This document shows positions 1-11,100 of a DNA stretch of 64,000 nt, in pieces (positions within the stretch are counted from its first letter, which is position 1; each line of letters opens with the position of its first letter). Under the pieces are notes generated by a model. It was not told where the DNA came from and searched no databases. It was given only the letters and a program-made list of their open reading frames with translations. The stretch spans positions 96,001 through 160,000 of the forward strand of contig JBDRNC010000017.1 in NCBI GenBank assembly GCA_043811535.1, read 5' to 3'. The stretch is from Elusimicrobiota bacterium (GTDB lineage Bacteria > Elusimicrobiota > Endomicrobiia > Endomicrobiales > JBDRNC01). The position numbers were made by a program, and so were the translations under genes.

Positions 1-89
1 TGCCTGAAAAACAATGGATTTATTAAAATTTTCAACTGGTAAAAGAAAAAAACAACAGGGTTGAGTTGAATATACCCGTAATTTTACCT

Positions 90-118
90 ATTATACCATA
101 ATTTCAAGCATTTTTTAA
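90..118 (-). promoter_or_regulatory. Possible sigma70 extended -10 promoter firing off the left edge of the window
   Basis: Minus strand reads TTAAAA-17 bp-TATAAT with TG at the extended -10 position (TGGTATAAT, 98-90), in AT-rich intergenic DNA. Confidence 0.35.
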
Positions 119-163
119 TTTGATTTTAGTTAAAAATATGCAGGGTTTGCGGAAGGTTATATG

Positions 164-1153
164 CTACTTATCCAGGGATAAAAGGTAGTTTTCGGCGTTT
201 TTGAAATCTTCGGGTCCGAGGATCGTGAGTTTTGCGGTTCTGAACTTCTTAAACAAAAACCTTATTGCGGCCAGGATAAAAGCGGGAAGCAGGGATGAAA
301 TGTATGTTTTCAAGTAATCCGTGTTCTTTCGTTTCATTTTTCTGAGCAGTTCCCTTGCTTTTCCGCACAGGCCGTTCTTAATCAGAACGACTGCCTGGCT
401 GCGGTACACAAGATCATGCAGCATGTCGTAAATCTCCGCGGGAGGATTGGCCGATTCAAGCGAGATAATCGATTCCTCAATGCACCTGTCCCTGTTCTGA
501 GTTATGCTCAGCGCGTGAATCCTATATACCGAAAGGGGTTCTGGTATTACGCCCGTATCAAAATCCTTAATCACGCGCGCGAAATACTCGGTGTCGCCGA
601 GATAAGTCATATCTTCGCGGTAAGTTCCGGCTTTCTCCACCGCCTCTCTTTTCAACGCGACGTTCGTTGTTACATAGGGAAGCCAGTGATTAGATATTGC
701 CATATACGCCGGCAACCTGCCTGACGGTATTTTTGTATTCTCGTCGAACATTTTAGATATTATACGGCCGTCCTGGTGGATATAGCCGTTCGAGAAAATG
801 AAACCGGCGGTCGGATTGGATACGGCAAACTCGCGGAATATTTCGAGTTTCCCGGGCAGCCAGACGTCGTCCGAGTCAAGAAACGTAATATATCTGCCGG
901 AAGCTTTCCTGAAGGCCTCGTTCTTGCGCGCCGGATAGCCTTTGTTGTCTGTGTGCTCGATAAAATGCCAGCCCGCGTGTCCGCTGAATTCCCGGAAAAC
1001 CGTTTTTGTTTCGTCGGACGACCCATCGTCAATGATGAAAGCCTCAAAATCTTTGAATGTCTGGCCGTCAAGGCTTCTCAAGGCGGATTTCAGAAGTCCA
1101 GCCCTGTTATATGTGACAATGATTACCGTGAAAAACGGGTTTGAATTAGACAT
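164..1153 (-). CDS. Glycosyltransferase family 2
   Basis: N-terminal VIIVTYNR, IIDDGSSD and FLDSDD GT-A motifs. Confidence 0.92.
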   Translation of the reverse strand: MSNSNPFFTVIIVTYNRAGLLKSALRSLDGQTFKDFEAFIIDDGSSDETKTVFREFSGHAGWHFIEHTDNKGYPARKNEAFRKASGRYITFLDSDDVWLPGKLEIFREFAVSNPTAGFIFSNGYIHQDGRIISKMFDENTKIPSGRLPAYMAISNHWLPYVTTNVALKREAVEKAGTYREDMTYLGDTEYFARVIKDFDTGVIPEPLSVYRIHALSITQNRDRCIEESIISLESANPPAEIYDMLHDLVYRSQAVVLIKNGLCGKARELLRKMKRKNTDYLKTYISSLLPAFILAAIRFLFKKFRTAKLTILGPEDFKNAENYLLSLDK

Positions 1154-2609
1154 GAGAGTATATCCTGCTTTTTACTTTAGCGAGAAGTTGTATGTCGTTA
1201 AATAATCTCTGGACAAATTTCGCCGCGTAAATATTCGCAATAAACGTTGCCGGGAAACCGCGCACGCCTTTGGCGTTTAGTTTCTTGACGTACTGTCCAA
1301 CTTTGCGTTTCTTTTCGGAATTTCTCGCGAATTTCAGCATCCTTCTGCGAGCTTCCGCAGGAAAACCGGCAGTTTCAAAAACAGGATTATCCATGTTGGA
1401 ATGTATCTTATTCAGGTAATATTCGGGTTCATAAAGCAGCTTGGCGTTTTTTTCGGCCCATTCATATAGCTCGGTCTCAGGATATGGTATAAGATTGAAG
1501 TAGAAAACATTATCAACCGGATGCCTTGAAGCTGTGGCAACAGATTCCATGACCTCTTTTTCCGTCTCTTCGGGAGAACCGATAAGGAAAAACAGGTCCA
1601 CGAAATAGCCGATCTCGCAGGCGTTCTGTATCGCGGTTTCAATAGTTTCTATCGTCTCGTGTTTCTTCAAAATCTTTAAAATCCTGTTATTTCCCGATTC
1701 TACGCCGAATCCAATGAATCTGAATCCTATCGAGTACATTTTTTCCAGCAGCGGCCTGTCAATCTTATCTGCGCGTATCCCGTTCGGGAGGCTGAGGATC
1801 AGGTCATTCATGCCCGCGTCGCGGACCGCGTCGCAGAGTTTGTCGACTCGCTCCTTGAGAAGAGTGAAATTATCGTCTATAAAAGAAAATCTGCGGTAAC
1901 CCAGGCCGTACCAGTGGTTCATTTCGAGCAATATATTCTCAACGCTTCTGAAACGGAATTTCTGCCCGATGGCTGTCTTTACGGGACAGTAAATGCAGTC
2001 ATAAGGGCATCCCCGTGAAGTGACAAGCGGTATTATCCTTTCGGAAACAGGCGCTCCTTTAAGCGGATAGTTTTCCAGTTCAAAATTAGCGTACCTTGGG
2101 AAACTAATGGCGTCAAGATCCAGATTATACGGCCTGTTGCCGTTGTCCCTGATTTTTCCATTCTCCCTGTACAGAAGCCCTTTGATTTCGGAAAGTTCCT
2201 TTCCGGAGCAGAGCTCGATGACGGTATCTTCGCCCTCTCCGATGATCCCGAAATCTATTTCAGGGCACTGCTCCAGCGTTTTTACCCGGAAAGTCGTGAC
2301 GTGCGGGCCGCCGCACGCGATTTTCACATCCGGGAAAGCCTGCCTGATCGTCTTTATGATGCCGTACACTTCGGAATATCTGTATGTGAACATTGTGATG
2401 CCGACGACATCCGGCTTGAATTTGCCTATCTTGCCCAGCAGGTCTCTGACGGTATATCCGAGCGCGAGATCAACAACGCGGTATTCTATGTTATTATCGC
2501 GCAGAGACTGGGCGATGTATCCGATTCCTGCCCGCAGGACCGTCCTTCGCTTGAAGGTCGGCGCCTCGTGCGATATTAAGTTCGTCAGAAGAATTTTGTT
2601 GAATCTCAT
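1146..2609 (-). CDS. Cobalamin-binding radical SAM protein
   Basis: GIGYIA...PDVVGIT...GGPHVT...GEGE B12-binding domain; TSRGCPYDCIYC; DDNF; GVESG. Start moved to ATG 2609 (GAGGT upstream). Confidence 0.9.
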   Translation of the reverse strand: MRFNKILLTNLISHEAPTFKRRTVLRAGIGYIAQSLRDNNIEYRVVDLALGYTVRDLLGKIGKFKPDVVGITMFTYRYSEVYGIIKTIRQAFPDVKIACGGPHVTTFRVKTLEQCPEIDFGIIGEGEDTVIELCSGKELSEIKGLLYRENGKIRDNGNRPYNLDLDAISFPRYANFELENYPLKGAPVSERIIPLVTSRGCPYDCIYCPVKTAIGQKFRFRSVENILLEMNHWYGLGYRRFSFIDDNFTLLKERVDKLCDAVRDAGMNDLILSLPNGIRADKIDRPLLEKMYSIGFRFIGFGVESGNNRILKILKKHETIETIETAIQNACEIGYFVDLFFLIGSPEETEKEVMESVATASRHPVDNVFYFNLIPYPETELYEWAEKNAKLLYEPEYYLNKIHSNMDNPVFETAGFPAEARRRMLKFARNSEKKRKVGQYVKKLNAKGVRGFPATFIANIYAAKFVQRLFNDIQLLAKVKSRIYSHV

Positions 2610-2652
2610 ATTCAGACCTCGAAAACGAAGATATGACAGACCGATAAACGCA

Positions 2653-3651
2653 TCACAAATGAATTTTACCGGCGACCGCAAAGATGGAATTGCCTCTTCC
2701 GGCCAATCTCAGAACAATCCACAAAGCGAGTATAGGAGCGAAAAATATTGCTGAAAAGGATAGTTTCATAGCGGTTACAAGAATCTTCCTGTTATTCCTG
2801 GTTAATATCGACAATAGCGTGTTCTTCTTGGCGGCGGAGCCGGCAAGCCTGTCAAAAGGGACCTTTGAAGACTCCCAATCACTGCTTTTCCTGAAGATCA
2901 TTTTCTTAACCGGCTTGATCACTTTTGAGATCAGCCAGAAAAAGATTGTGTCGTTTATGTAAGAATAATCAAGATGACTGTCCCGGACGAGAACCGGCCT
3001 GAAGCCGTGCGAATTCAGGAATCCGGAAAGTGATTCTTTTGTCCATCTTGTAAAATGATGCGGCGGAAAATCAAAATCCTGAATGGAAGACCTTAACGGC
3101 CTGGCATAATTGGGAAGCGTAAGCGCAATAACTCCGTTTTCAGAGAGCAAGTCCCGCACCTTTCTTATGAAAGAGTCCGGATCAGGAACATGTTCAAGCA
3201 CTTCGAACATCGTGACCGCGTCGAAAGCGTTGCCCTTGTTTTTGTCGAAGAAATCATCAAAAGAAACACATTCCGCGGTGTCTATGCCGAGTTGCCTTGC
3301 GTAGCTCAGGGCCCTTTCGTCAAAATCTATTCCGGCGGTCCTGCAGCCTGCCTGAGCGGCGCGGTACAGGAAAGCGCCGCAGCCGCAGCCTATGTCCAGT
3401 ACGGATTTTACGGTTTTAAAACGGTGTTTCGCAAACCATTTCTGCCCCCAATTCAACTTTAAAGAAAATCTCGCGGGCCTGTCCGGCGCGTACTCCTTGT
3501 ACCAGGAAGCATCGGGGGCCTGTGCCGGGAGAGAAAATATCACGCCGCACGACGGGCACTTGTATATGCTGTATTCAGTGCGAGTGAACGGGTCTTTATG
3601 AATCTCAGCCGGCGGAATTTCAGTTTCTTTTACACAGCCGACGCATTTCAT
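2653..3651 (-). CDS. Class I SAM-dependent methyltransferase with N-terminal Zn ribbon
   Basis: CVGC...CPSC; VLDIGCGCG; FEVLEHVPDP; DFPPHHFTRW. Start moved to ATG 3651 (AAGGA upstream). Confidence 0.88.
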   Translation of the reverse strand: MKCVGCVKETEIPPAEIHKDPFTRTEYSIYKCPSCGVIFSLPAQAPDASWYKEYAPDRPARFSLKLNWGQKWFAKHRFKTVKSVLDIGCGCGAFLYRAAQAGCRTAGIDFDERALSYARQLGIDTAECVSFDDFFDKNKGNAFDAVTMFEVLEHVPDPDSFIRKVRDLLSENGVIALTLPNYARPLRSSIQDFDFPPHHFTRWTKESLSGFLNSHGFRPVLVRDSHLDYSYINDTIFFWLISKVIKPVKKMIFRKSSDWESSKVPFDRLAGSAAKKNTLLSILTRNNRKILVTAMKLSFSAIFFAPILALWIVLRLAGRGNSIFAVAGKIHL

Positions 3652-3718
3652 GCCGGTTCCTTTTGTTATTCCCCCGCATACCGGGCCGGAATATACGGAT
3701 CCGTGCGGCATTTCTTGT

Positions 3719-4726
3719 TCAGGCCTTGAACGGCATAAGTTTTTCGCGGATTTTGAGAAGAAATCCTTTCCTGGAATACAACCTGAAGAACCACAAGTAT
3801 AGATTCGGATGTATCAATGCCAGGAAAAGAGTCATGCTTTTAAAAAGCGCGAAATTTGAAAGCTTAAGCCGGAATATGCCGGAATACGCTTTAAGGGCTT
3901 CAAACAACTCAAACCTTAACCGGTAGAGAATGACCTTTTCTTTCAGTATTTCTATGTCCTGGTCGAGAAGCGCCGGCGGTTCCCTTAGAAGCGTGATGCC
4001 GAACTTTTTGAAGTTATCCCTTACGGAAAGATTGCCTGCTTCGAGCACGGTTATATGCATGTCAAGCATCTTAGGACTGCTGTACATTTTCGCGTACCAG
4101 TTGGAGCCGTGGATCCTGTGAGCCGCCAGCGCCGTGTTAAGATTATAAACCTTGGCGTAAAAAAGCATGTTCCAGTACAGGTACTGATCAGCATAATTGC
4201 CCATCACAAGGGGTTCCGGCATGATCTTGGACAGGTATGATTTTCTGAAACTCAGATTTGTAGTCCCGTAAAAAGAGACATTGCTGTTCAGGAAATACGG
4301 GAGGTCGTAAAATTCAGGCAGAACTTCGAAAGATTTGTCCATGCGCGAGCAATTTTCGTCAACGTAATCGGACGGATGCTGGACAAGCCCAACTTCCGGG
4401 TGCTTATCAAAGGCCGCTGCGACAGCCTTGAGTTTGCCGGGATACCAGTAATCATCGGCGTCCAGAAAACATATTATTTCGCCTTTGGAGTTCTCGAACC
4501 CTGTGTTGAATACCCCGGCCTGCCCGGTATTCTTCTGGCATATATACCTGATTTTATCGCCGTATTTTCTTACGCGTTCGGCGGTGTCGTCGGTGGATTC
4601 GTCGTCTATCACCAGGATTTCGTATTTATCTTTAGGGAAATCCTGGTTCATGGCGCTTTCGGCGGCCTTATCTATGAAGCGGCCGTAATTATATGTGTCG
4701 ATTATCACAGTTATAGTTAAATTCAT
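3719..4726 (-). CDS. Glycosyltransferase family 2
   Basis: VIIDTYNYG, VIDDESTD and FLDADD motifs. Confidence 0.92.
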   Translation of the reverse strand: MNLTITVIIDTYNYGRFIDKAAESAMNQDFPKDKYEILVIDDESTDDTAERVRKYGDKIRYICQKNTGQAGVFNTGFENSKGEIICFLDADDYWYPGKLKAVAAAFDKHPEVGLVQHPSDYVDENCSRMDKSFEVLPEFYDLPYFLNSNVSFYGTTNLSFRKSYLSKIMPEPLVMGNYADQYLYWNMLFYAKVYNLNTALAAHRIHGSNWYAKMYSSPKMLDMHITVLEAGNLSVRDNFKKFGITLLREPPALLDQDIEILKEKVILYRLRFELFEALKAYSGIFRLKLSNFALFKSMTLFLALIHPNLYLWFFRLYSRKGFLLKIREKLMPFKA

Positions 4727-5970
4727 CTTTTGTATATTTGAGAATATCTATTCGTAAGTTTATGAAAAAATACCATGAAGGCCCGGAAAACACCTTTATG
4801 AAAGCCTTTCATGAAAGCGGGAAAGCCGTAACTGGTTGCTCTTATTAATAATTCTATTGCATTTTTTATTTTTAGATGAGCGATTAAAACGGACATTGAA
4901 AAAGCCAACCCATTCACGGACTTGGCCTTGAAACTGTCACTGAGATAAATAACCCCCTCGTTAGGGGCGAGTTTCATGCTGTCGGGAGAAGAAAGTATAG
5001 AGCCGAGTTCATTAAGTATTCTCGGGAATTCAACACCGGCTTCAAAATATTTCATTGCTTTTTTATATCCGTTTTCAGCGATGTCATTTCTCTCGGCAGT
5101 ATTCTCCAGATAATATTTTACCTTTTCAAAGAGCTCCTCCTTGTTGAAAAAGGTTACTATGTCTTTTCCTATTTCAAGCCGTACGGGAAGCCCTGGCGCG
5201 TATTCAGATAGACAAAATGTTTTAGTCATTGCGACCTGAGCGAAGTGCCCCTTTGTTTGCCGGACCCTGTTAAGAAGAGGGTCGTCTTCCGTCATCCAGG
5301 TAAGCTCGTCAACTCTTGTGAAGTTAAGAGATATCTTGCTTCTGGAATAAATTCTCGGCAATTCCGATCTGGCGGCATAACCATTTTTGGAGCCGAATCC
5401 GAATGTTTCAAGTTTTATCCCTTTAGCTTCGAGGAAATTAAGATATATCATGCGGTCGCTTTTAGTGCAGTCCCCTACAAAACTAACATCAATGTCTTTC
5501 GGCACACTTATCGGATAAAAATCCTTCTTATTTTGCGTTTCCGGGGCATAGATAGCGTTGATGCCGAGCCTTTTGTAATAAAACAATGGAAGGTAATCGA
5601 TATTAAGGACTGCGCTTCCGACCTGCGCGTAATACTTGGTGATTACATCGATGAAACTGTCATCGTCGAAGAACCAGAATACCACGTTCGATGTATTTTG
5701 CAGCGATTTATAGAATTGAGGTGTCAGTTCGAAATCGCTTGCGAAGAAAAAAGGAAGAACTATATCTATGTTCTTTTCTTTTACGAATTTTCTTATATAA
5801 TCTTCTGTATTCTTTAAGCCGTATTTCCTGGAATAATCGATAAAATTGAACGTATGACACTGATTAAAATATGGCTTCAGGTTCTCAACGAGAAACTTCC
5901 AGTATTCGTGTTTTTCAATGGCGTAAAGATTAAGCAGATTTTTGTTTCTAAAATAATTCAGGCCAGTCAT
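4723..5970 (-). CDS. CgeB-like GT-B glycosyltransferase (Glyco_trans_1_2 type)
   Basis: IDVSFVG, SKISLNF, EYAPG, KEELFEKVKYYL...RNDIAENG C-terminal signature. Confidence 0.75.
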   Translation of the reverse strand: MTGLNYFRNKNLLNLYAIEKHEYWKFLVENLKPYFNQCHTFNFIDYSRKYGLKNTEDYIRKFVKEKNIDIVLPFFFASDFELTPQFYKSLQNTSNVVFWFFDDDSFIDVITKYYAQVGSAVLNIDYLPLFYYKRLGINAIYAPETQNKKDFYPISVPKDIDVSFVGDCTKSDRMIYLNFLEAKGIKLETFGFGSKNGYAARSELPRIYSRSKISLNFTRVDELTWMTEDDPLLNRVRQTKGHFAQVAMTKTFCLSEYAPGLPVRLEIGKDIVTFFNKEELFEKVKYYLENTAERNDIAENGYKKAMKYFEAGVEFPRILNELGSILSSPDSMKLAPNEGVIYLSDSFKAKSVNGLAFSMSVLIAHLKIKNAIELLIRATSYGFPAFMKGFHKGVFRAFMVFFHKLTNRYSQIYKR

Positions 5971-6036
5971 CGCGTTTCCTTTAAATACAATTTCCTGTAT
6001 AGCGCGCGAAATTCCAAAATAATATATTATTTTGGA

Positions 6037-6915
6037 TTAATTTCTTTCAAAGAATTTATTTCCATCTATCCTTCTCAGTGTGTAAATATTCCTGCTGTGC
6101 ATAGCTAGCGAACGGAAGGGTTTACTGCGAAAATCATCCCATACCGCGCTAAAAAGCTTTCCGGTAATACCTATCGAAGCATCTGAAGCCAGGAATACAC
6201 ATAAATCAGACGACAGCGCGGGCGAATCCCCGCCTTTAGAACGTGCATTCAAAGCCATGTGGTAATCGGAGTATCCCGATCTCTTTCCGGCCTTAATAAT
6301 CTCTTTCATCATGTTCGTGTAAACCGATCCCGGTGAAACGGCGTTGACTCGAATGCCGTATTTCTTAAATTCTTCAGATATTGTTTCCGTGAAACGGACT
6401 ATTGCGGCTTTCGTTGAACCATACGCAGAGAAGTTGACCCTCGGGAATGTCGCGCCTCCGCCAGAAAAATTAATTATACTTCCGTGTTTTTTTGCCTTCA
6501 TGACAGGCAGCACGGCTTTGCAGCACAGCATTGTGCCTACAATGTTGGTGTTAACGCACTTTATCCAGTCTTTTACCGATACATCGATAAGGTTGCCGAT
6601 AGGTTTCTGTACAGCCGCGGTATTTACCAGGATATCGATGGTCTTGAATCTGGAAATAGTTTTATCGATGAGCCTGCGAACACTGGCTGGATTGGAAATA
6701 TCCGCAGGGACCCCTAAGATCCTGCCGCGGAATTCCCCCCGCAGCTTTCTGCAGTAATTCTCAAGACGGCCGGCGTTTACATCCGCGGCTACAACGTTGG
6801 CACCTTCGCGCAAAAAATCTTTAACTACGGAGCTTCCAATCCCTCCGGATCCTCCGGTTACTATTGCCGTTCTGTCTTTAAGAGCGAATGTAATATACTT
6901 AGGAACATTCTTCAT
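6037..6915 (-). CDS. Short-chain dehydrogenase/reductase
   Basis: TGGSGGIG, YGSTK (YxxxK), IRVNAVSPG. Confidence 0.9.
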   Translation of the reverse strand: MKNVPKYITFALKDRTAIVTGGSGGIGSSVVKDFLREGANVVAADVNAGRLENYCRKLRGEFRGRILGVPADISNPASVRRLIDKTISRFKTIDILVNTAAVQKPIGNLIDVSVKDWIKCVNTNIVGTMLCCKAVLPVMKAKKHGSIINFSGGGATFPRVNFSAYGSTKAAIVRFTETISEEFKKYGIRVNAVSPGSVYTNMMKEIIKAGKRSGYSDYHMALNARSKGGDSPALSSDLCVFLASDASIGITGKLFSAVWDDFRSKPFRSLAMHSRNIYTLRRIDGNKFFERN

Positions 6916-6918
6916 AGT

Positions 6919-8865
6919 TCAACCGGCCCTCCTGCAGGGATAAAGATAAGCCCCGCGTTTGTTTCCCCACCATATGACTTCCCTGCACCAGTCTTCCCAA
7001 GAATTCCATGATTGGGAAGTCCTGTCAATCATGTATCTATAACTGCCTCGGGTTAAACTTGCATCTGCTCCGACTACCGCCCCGCGGTAATAGTCCCAGA
7101 TATTGTACGGAAGCTCAACTTCGATGTTTTTTTTCTGAAACGGCATTTTTATTAACTTTTTATTAAGGTCAAAAGAAGAAGCCAGGGCCTCATTGTCGCA
7201 GGAGGACTTTCTTTCTGCCATAACTTTTAAAAGTATGTCTTTAACTTCGGAATAGAACAGGTCAAGTCGTTTTCCGGTGCAGAGTTCTATCATCGCCAGT
7301 TCGTCGGGGGGCCACCATATATTCAGCCATTTGCGTGAGTTTGCGAATTCTTCGGCGCCTTTCTGGATATTTTCGGCTTTTTTCCTGAAAGAGTTGTGAA
7401 TGGAACTCAACACCGGATACTTCTTATCTTCGATAATCAAAGCTTCAATCATATCCCGATAGATTAATTTGAATTCTCTTGCGGCCAGCAGCAGTGGTAT
7501 CTGGGCCAGCTTGTTAAAATGAATTAGTGCGGTCATCCAGCCGAAAACACGCGCTCTTACCCAGTCTTTCTTGGGCATCGCTTTTGTCGCTATAACAAGT
7601 CTCTGGTTCTCTTCGATTTCGTTCTTTTCAGAAAGATTTCCGTGAATGTTTACAAGTCTGTTCTCAATGGTTTTAATGCCGTGTTTCCTGATATATGCCG
7701 GGTCATCCATCTCCGAGCCGGTAAGAATCGAAAGGTTATTGAATTGTATTCTGTTATGTTGTCCGTTTTGAATTAATTTGGAAATCCCGTCGGCAAAAGT
7801 ATCATATGTTTCGCACGGCAATCCCAGGATAATGTCCGTGAAAGTTTCGATACCGGCCGCGCTAAATTTCTCCTGCAGTTCCTGGAACGCGTCGAGCGAA
7901 ATATTTTCTCTTTTTACCTGCTTCAAAGTAGCGGGATTCGACGATTGGATAGCCAAAGATACTCCTTTGTTCAGCTTCGAGTCGGACAGTATCCTGTAGA
8001 GGTCGTATACCCGCATCGTAGAATTCTTTGTGTTTTGTACGGACAACGCCTTGGGATATCCGAATTGTTCCTTATTGTTGGCCGTATATTCGGTTAGTTC
8101 GATATCCCTCGGCAGAATGCCGAAATTAGCGTCGCAACAGAATATAAATTCAATCTTTTTTCGGCTGAACCAGTCTACCTCGCGTTTAAGTTCGTCAATG
8201 TCCCTGGCGTAAATATTCTTGTTTGTGGATGCGCCCCATACGCAATAGGAGCATGAGAAGGGGCATCCCCTGTTAGTCTCCCACAATGCAACCCAGTTCT
8301 CTCCAGGGTTTTCATCCATCAGACGGTTAAAAACTCCTTCAAGATAAGGTGACGGGATCTCATTGAGGTCGGTTGTCCTTATTCCCACTTCGTTCAAGGT
8401 TATCCTGCCTTTGGAGTTGGAATAACTTATGTTTGGAACATCCGAATAGTCCGTTGATCCGATATTCTCCAGTATTTTAAGGAACGGTTGTTCTCCCTCC
8501 CCGTGGCAGGCTATGTCGATGAACCTGTATTTTTTAAGGAATTCCTTGATTCCGCGGAGCGGTACCTGAGGTCCGCCGAACACTATGACGGTGTCCTTAT
8601 TATCTATTTTTAAGCGTTTGGCAATAGCGAGAGATATGTTTATATTCCATGTGTAGACGCTGAAAAAGCAAACGTCGCATCCGGAAAGTATTTTCACGGC
8701 AGCGGAAAGAGGAACGCGTTTGTATATGGGAGGCAAGAAGTCGAAATCGTCTATGTTTATCAGATATTTCCTGGCATACGCTTCGAGGATACCGACAGAG
8801 TACGGGAAATAATTCTGACCCGAAAAACTGTTATTAATCTGTATGAGGCCTACACGATGCTTCAT
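6919..8865 (-). CDS. Cobalamin-binding radical SAM protein (long C-terminal extension)
   Basis: YFPYSVG, FSVYTWN, GGPQV, GEGE, ETNRGCPFSCSYC, DANFG. Confidence 0.9.
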   Translation of the reverse strand: MKHRVGLIQINNSFSGQNYFPYSVGILEAYARKYLINIDDFDFLPPIYKRVPLSAAVKILSGCDVCFFSVYTWNINISLAIAKRLKIDNKDTVIVFGGPQVPLRGIKEFLKKYRFIDIACHGEGEQPFLKILENIGSTDYSDVPNISYSNSKGRITLNEVGIRTTDLNEIPSPYLEGVFNRLMDENPGENWVALWETNRGCPFSCSYCVWGASTNKNIYARDIDELKREVDWFSRKKIEFIFCCDANFGILPRDIELTEYTANNKEQFGYPKALSVQNTKNSTMRVYDLYRILSDSKLNKGVSLAIQSSNPATLKQVKRENISLDAFQELQEKFSAAGIETFTDIILGLPCETYDTFADGISKLIQNGQHNRIQFNNLSILTGSEMDDPAYIRKHGIKTIENRLVNIHGNLSEKNEIEENQRLVIATKAMPKKDWVRARVFGWMTALIHFNKLAQIPLLLAAREFKLIYRDMIEALIIEDKKYPVLSSIHNSFRKKAENIQKGAEEFANSRKWLNIWWPPDELAMIELCTGKRLDLFYSEVKDILLKVMAERKSSCDNEALASSFDLNKKLIKMPFQKKNIEVELPYNIWDYYRGAVVGADASLTRGSYRYMIDRTSQSWNSWEDWCREVIWWGNKRGAYLYPCRRAG

Positions 8866-8978
8866 TCTGTCCTCTGATATATGTCGAGTAGATTCGTTCC
8901 ATTTACTTTATTCCGGGGTATGCAGATCAATGCATTTCCCGTTTTTAACCTATTATTAATATTTACAAGAAATAGATA

Positions 8979-10307
8979 TTACGAAATCAAATGATTTTTC
9001 CTTACAAAATCTTGAAGTTTGTTGTAATTATTTATAATTGTTTCGGGTTTCATCCCTTTTCCCCACGGCGTTGTTTCATTATATTCAAACATCAATTTAG
9101 GTTTTTCTTTTTCGTCGAAACGGCCGTAGAGAATATGGTATTCATGCAAGTTTGGATTTATTTCTTTTATTCCGAAATTCTTGTAATTGGCGGCGATTGT
9201 TGAGCCCGGAAATGGACAAAAAAGAGCGAGCCCGACAATGTCGGGGTCGGCTTCATTAATGAAAGCTATCATGCGAGAGACGATATCTTGCGGTTCTCCG
9301 GGTAATCCTAAAACCAAGAGCAGTTTAACTCCGATTTTATATTTCTTTAATATCTTAATAAACCTTTTAGTTTCTTCCAGGTCAATTTTTTTATTTACTA
9401 TATCCAGGACTTCGGGGCAGGCGCTTTCAATCCCCAGGGCGAGGTCAAGGCATCCGGATTCAGCGGCGAGCGCTACCATTTCTTCAGTTATTCCATTTGC
9501 CCGTGCTTGTCCGCGCCACTTCACGTTGCCGTTCATGAGTGCCTGCAGAAATGGTTTCGCAACTTTTTTGTTTACGGGAATGGAATTGTCATCGCGTAAG
9601 ACCAGCGCCTGCACGGAATATTCTTTTTTAAGATACGCTATTTCTTCTTCCACCAATCGTGGAAGGCGATATCTTGTAGGCCCGGAATTAAGATTGGCGC
9701 AGAAACGGCATCTGAAAGGGCACCCCCTTGAGAAAAGTACATTTGAAGCTCGTAATAACCTGTCTTCATAAAAAAATCCTGTATCAACTACTGCAGATAC
9801 CGGCTGATATTTTCGCAATGGAAATGGAAATTTATTAATGTCAATTGGTTTTATATTTCGGTAAATATGCTTTAGTGTTCCGTTAAAGATATCGTTGACA
9901 ATACATACAATATTTTCCTCGCCCTCACCCAATGCCAGTGTATCGAATCCCGCGACTTGTTCTGAAAAAAGATCTATATGGGGGCCGCTGATTATATGTA
10001 CCGCTTCAGGATACATGCTCCTTAAATGATCTTTTATTTCGCTAATTATTCGAAACTGAGGGCTGAAAGCCGTATAGCAGTAGACGTCTTTTTTTGGAAG
10101 ATAATACGAAATATTATCTTTAGAGATACCGCGAAGGTCAATAATAGACAGATCCAACTTGTTGCCAAAAGTGTTTTCAAGAATCGTTAAGAGATAAAGA
10201 GCGGTCAATTGTTGATTCTTAAAAGGTTGAAAATTCAAATAATCCGGCGGTATAATAAACCCCAAGCTTAACATTCTGCGATAATTACGTTGTTGTTTTG
10301 TTGTCAT
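8979..10307 (-). CDS. Radical SAM protein with B12-binding-like N-terminus
   Basis: SGPH...GEGEE; SRGCPFRCRFC; DDN; GIES. Confidence 0.88.
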   Translation of the reverse strand: MTTKQQRNYRRMLSLGFIIPPDYLNFQPFKNQQLTALYLLTILENTFGNKLDLSIIDLRGISKDNISYYLPKKDVYCYTAFSPQFRIISEIKDHLRSMYPEAVHIISGPHIDLFSEQVAGFDTLALGEGEENIVCIVNDIFNGTLKHIYRNIKPIDINKFPFPLRKYQPVSAVVDTGFFYEDRLLRASNVLFSRGCPFRCRFCANLNSGPTRYRLPRLVEEEIAYLKKEYSVQALVLRDDNSIPVNKKVAKPFLQALMNGNVKWRGQARANGITEEMVALAAESGCLDLALGIESACPEVLDIVNKKIDLEETKRFIKILKKYKIGVKLLLVLGLPGEPQDIVSRMIAFINEADPDIVGLALFCPFPGSTIAANYKNFGIKEINPNLHEYHILYGRFDEKEKPKLMFEYNETTPWGKGMKPETIINNYNKLQDFVRKNHLIS

Positions 10308-10335
10308 TTAATCATTTCCTTGTTTGTTTATATGC

Positions 10336-11100
10336 TTAAGCAGGTTTCTTTATCGAGCTTTCATTTTCAGTGAAAGGTACAGACCAATTAGATTCGTATA
10401 CCTTTATATCATTTTCATTGTCAATTTCAAACCAACTTCCGGGAACAGGAATAGTGTTTATCACTACCCCTCTAGCCAGGAGTCTGTTGAGCAACGCAGT
10501 GCAGTCCAACTTCGCGCATTCTTCGCGGGGTAGCGAGTCCAAGTAATCAAACGCAACTTTCCATCCTACAGGTGTGAATTTCAAAAGGCCCATGTATTGT
10601 CCATGTATCTCGTCAAGATTTCCGGCTTTTGTGCCGATTTCAATAAGGACGCCGTTTTTATCTATTTTAAATGTTTCGGCGTCGGTAAGCGGGTCTTCGA
10701 ATCTCAATTTCCAGAGGCTTCTCCAATCGGTATTGTAAGGAATCACGATATCACTACGGCATTTAATCAATCGCGACACGGTTCCCTTGGGATAGACAAT
10801 GTCAGAGTAACTTATTACGCAATCATCCGTTTCCAGCCATTCCCGGGCGCACAGCATCGTATTGACCATGTTGGAATTTTCCCAATTGTTATTTTCAAAA
10901 TAGGTCAGGCCGGGCAAATTCAGTTTTTCGGACAGATATCCCCTTACGACTGCAATCTCAGATATTCCGGCGTTCCTGAGGGCATCTGTCTGCCAGTCGA
11001 TCAGTGGTCTGCCCCAAATTGCTGTCAGGCATTTGGGTTTGTCCTTTGTAAGTGCAGAAAGTCTGCTTCCTCTGCCTGCTGCCAGTATTATTGCTTTCAT
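10336..11100 (-). CDS. Cytidylyltransferase, LicC/Cj1416-like (putative CTP:phosphoglutamine cytidylyltransferase)
   Basis: ILAAGRGSRL...KPKCL, SNMV, SYSDIVY, GQYMGLLKFT, WFEIDN; lies in a module with Cj1417/Cj1418 homologues. Confidence 0.82.
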   Translation of the reverse strand: MKAIILAAGRGSRLSALTKDKPKCLTAIWGRPLIDWQTDALRNAGISEIAVVRGYLSEKLNLPGLTYFENNNWENSNMVNTMLCAREWLETDDCVISYSDIVYPKGTVSRLIKCRSDIVIPYNTDWRSLWKLRFEDPLTDAETFKIDKNGVLIEIGTKAGNLDEIHGQYMGLLKFTPVGWKVAFDYLDSLPREECAKLDCTALLNRLLARGVVINTIPVPGSWFEIDNENDIKVYESNWSVPFTENESSIKKPA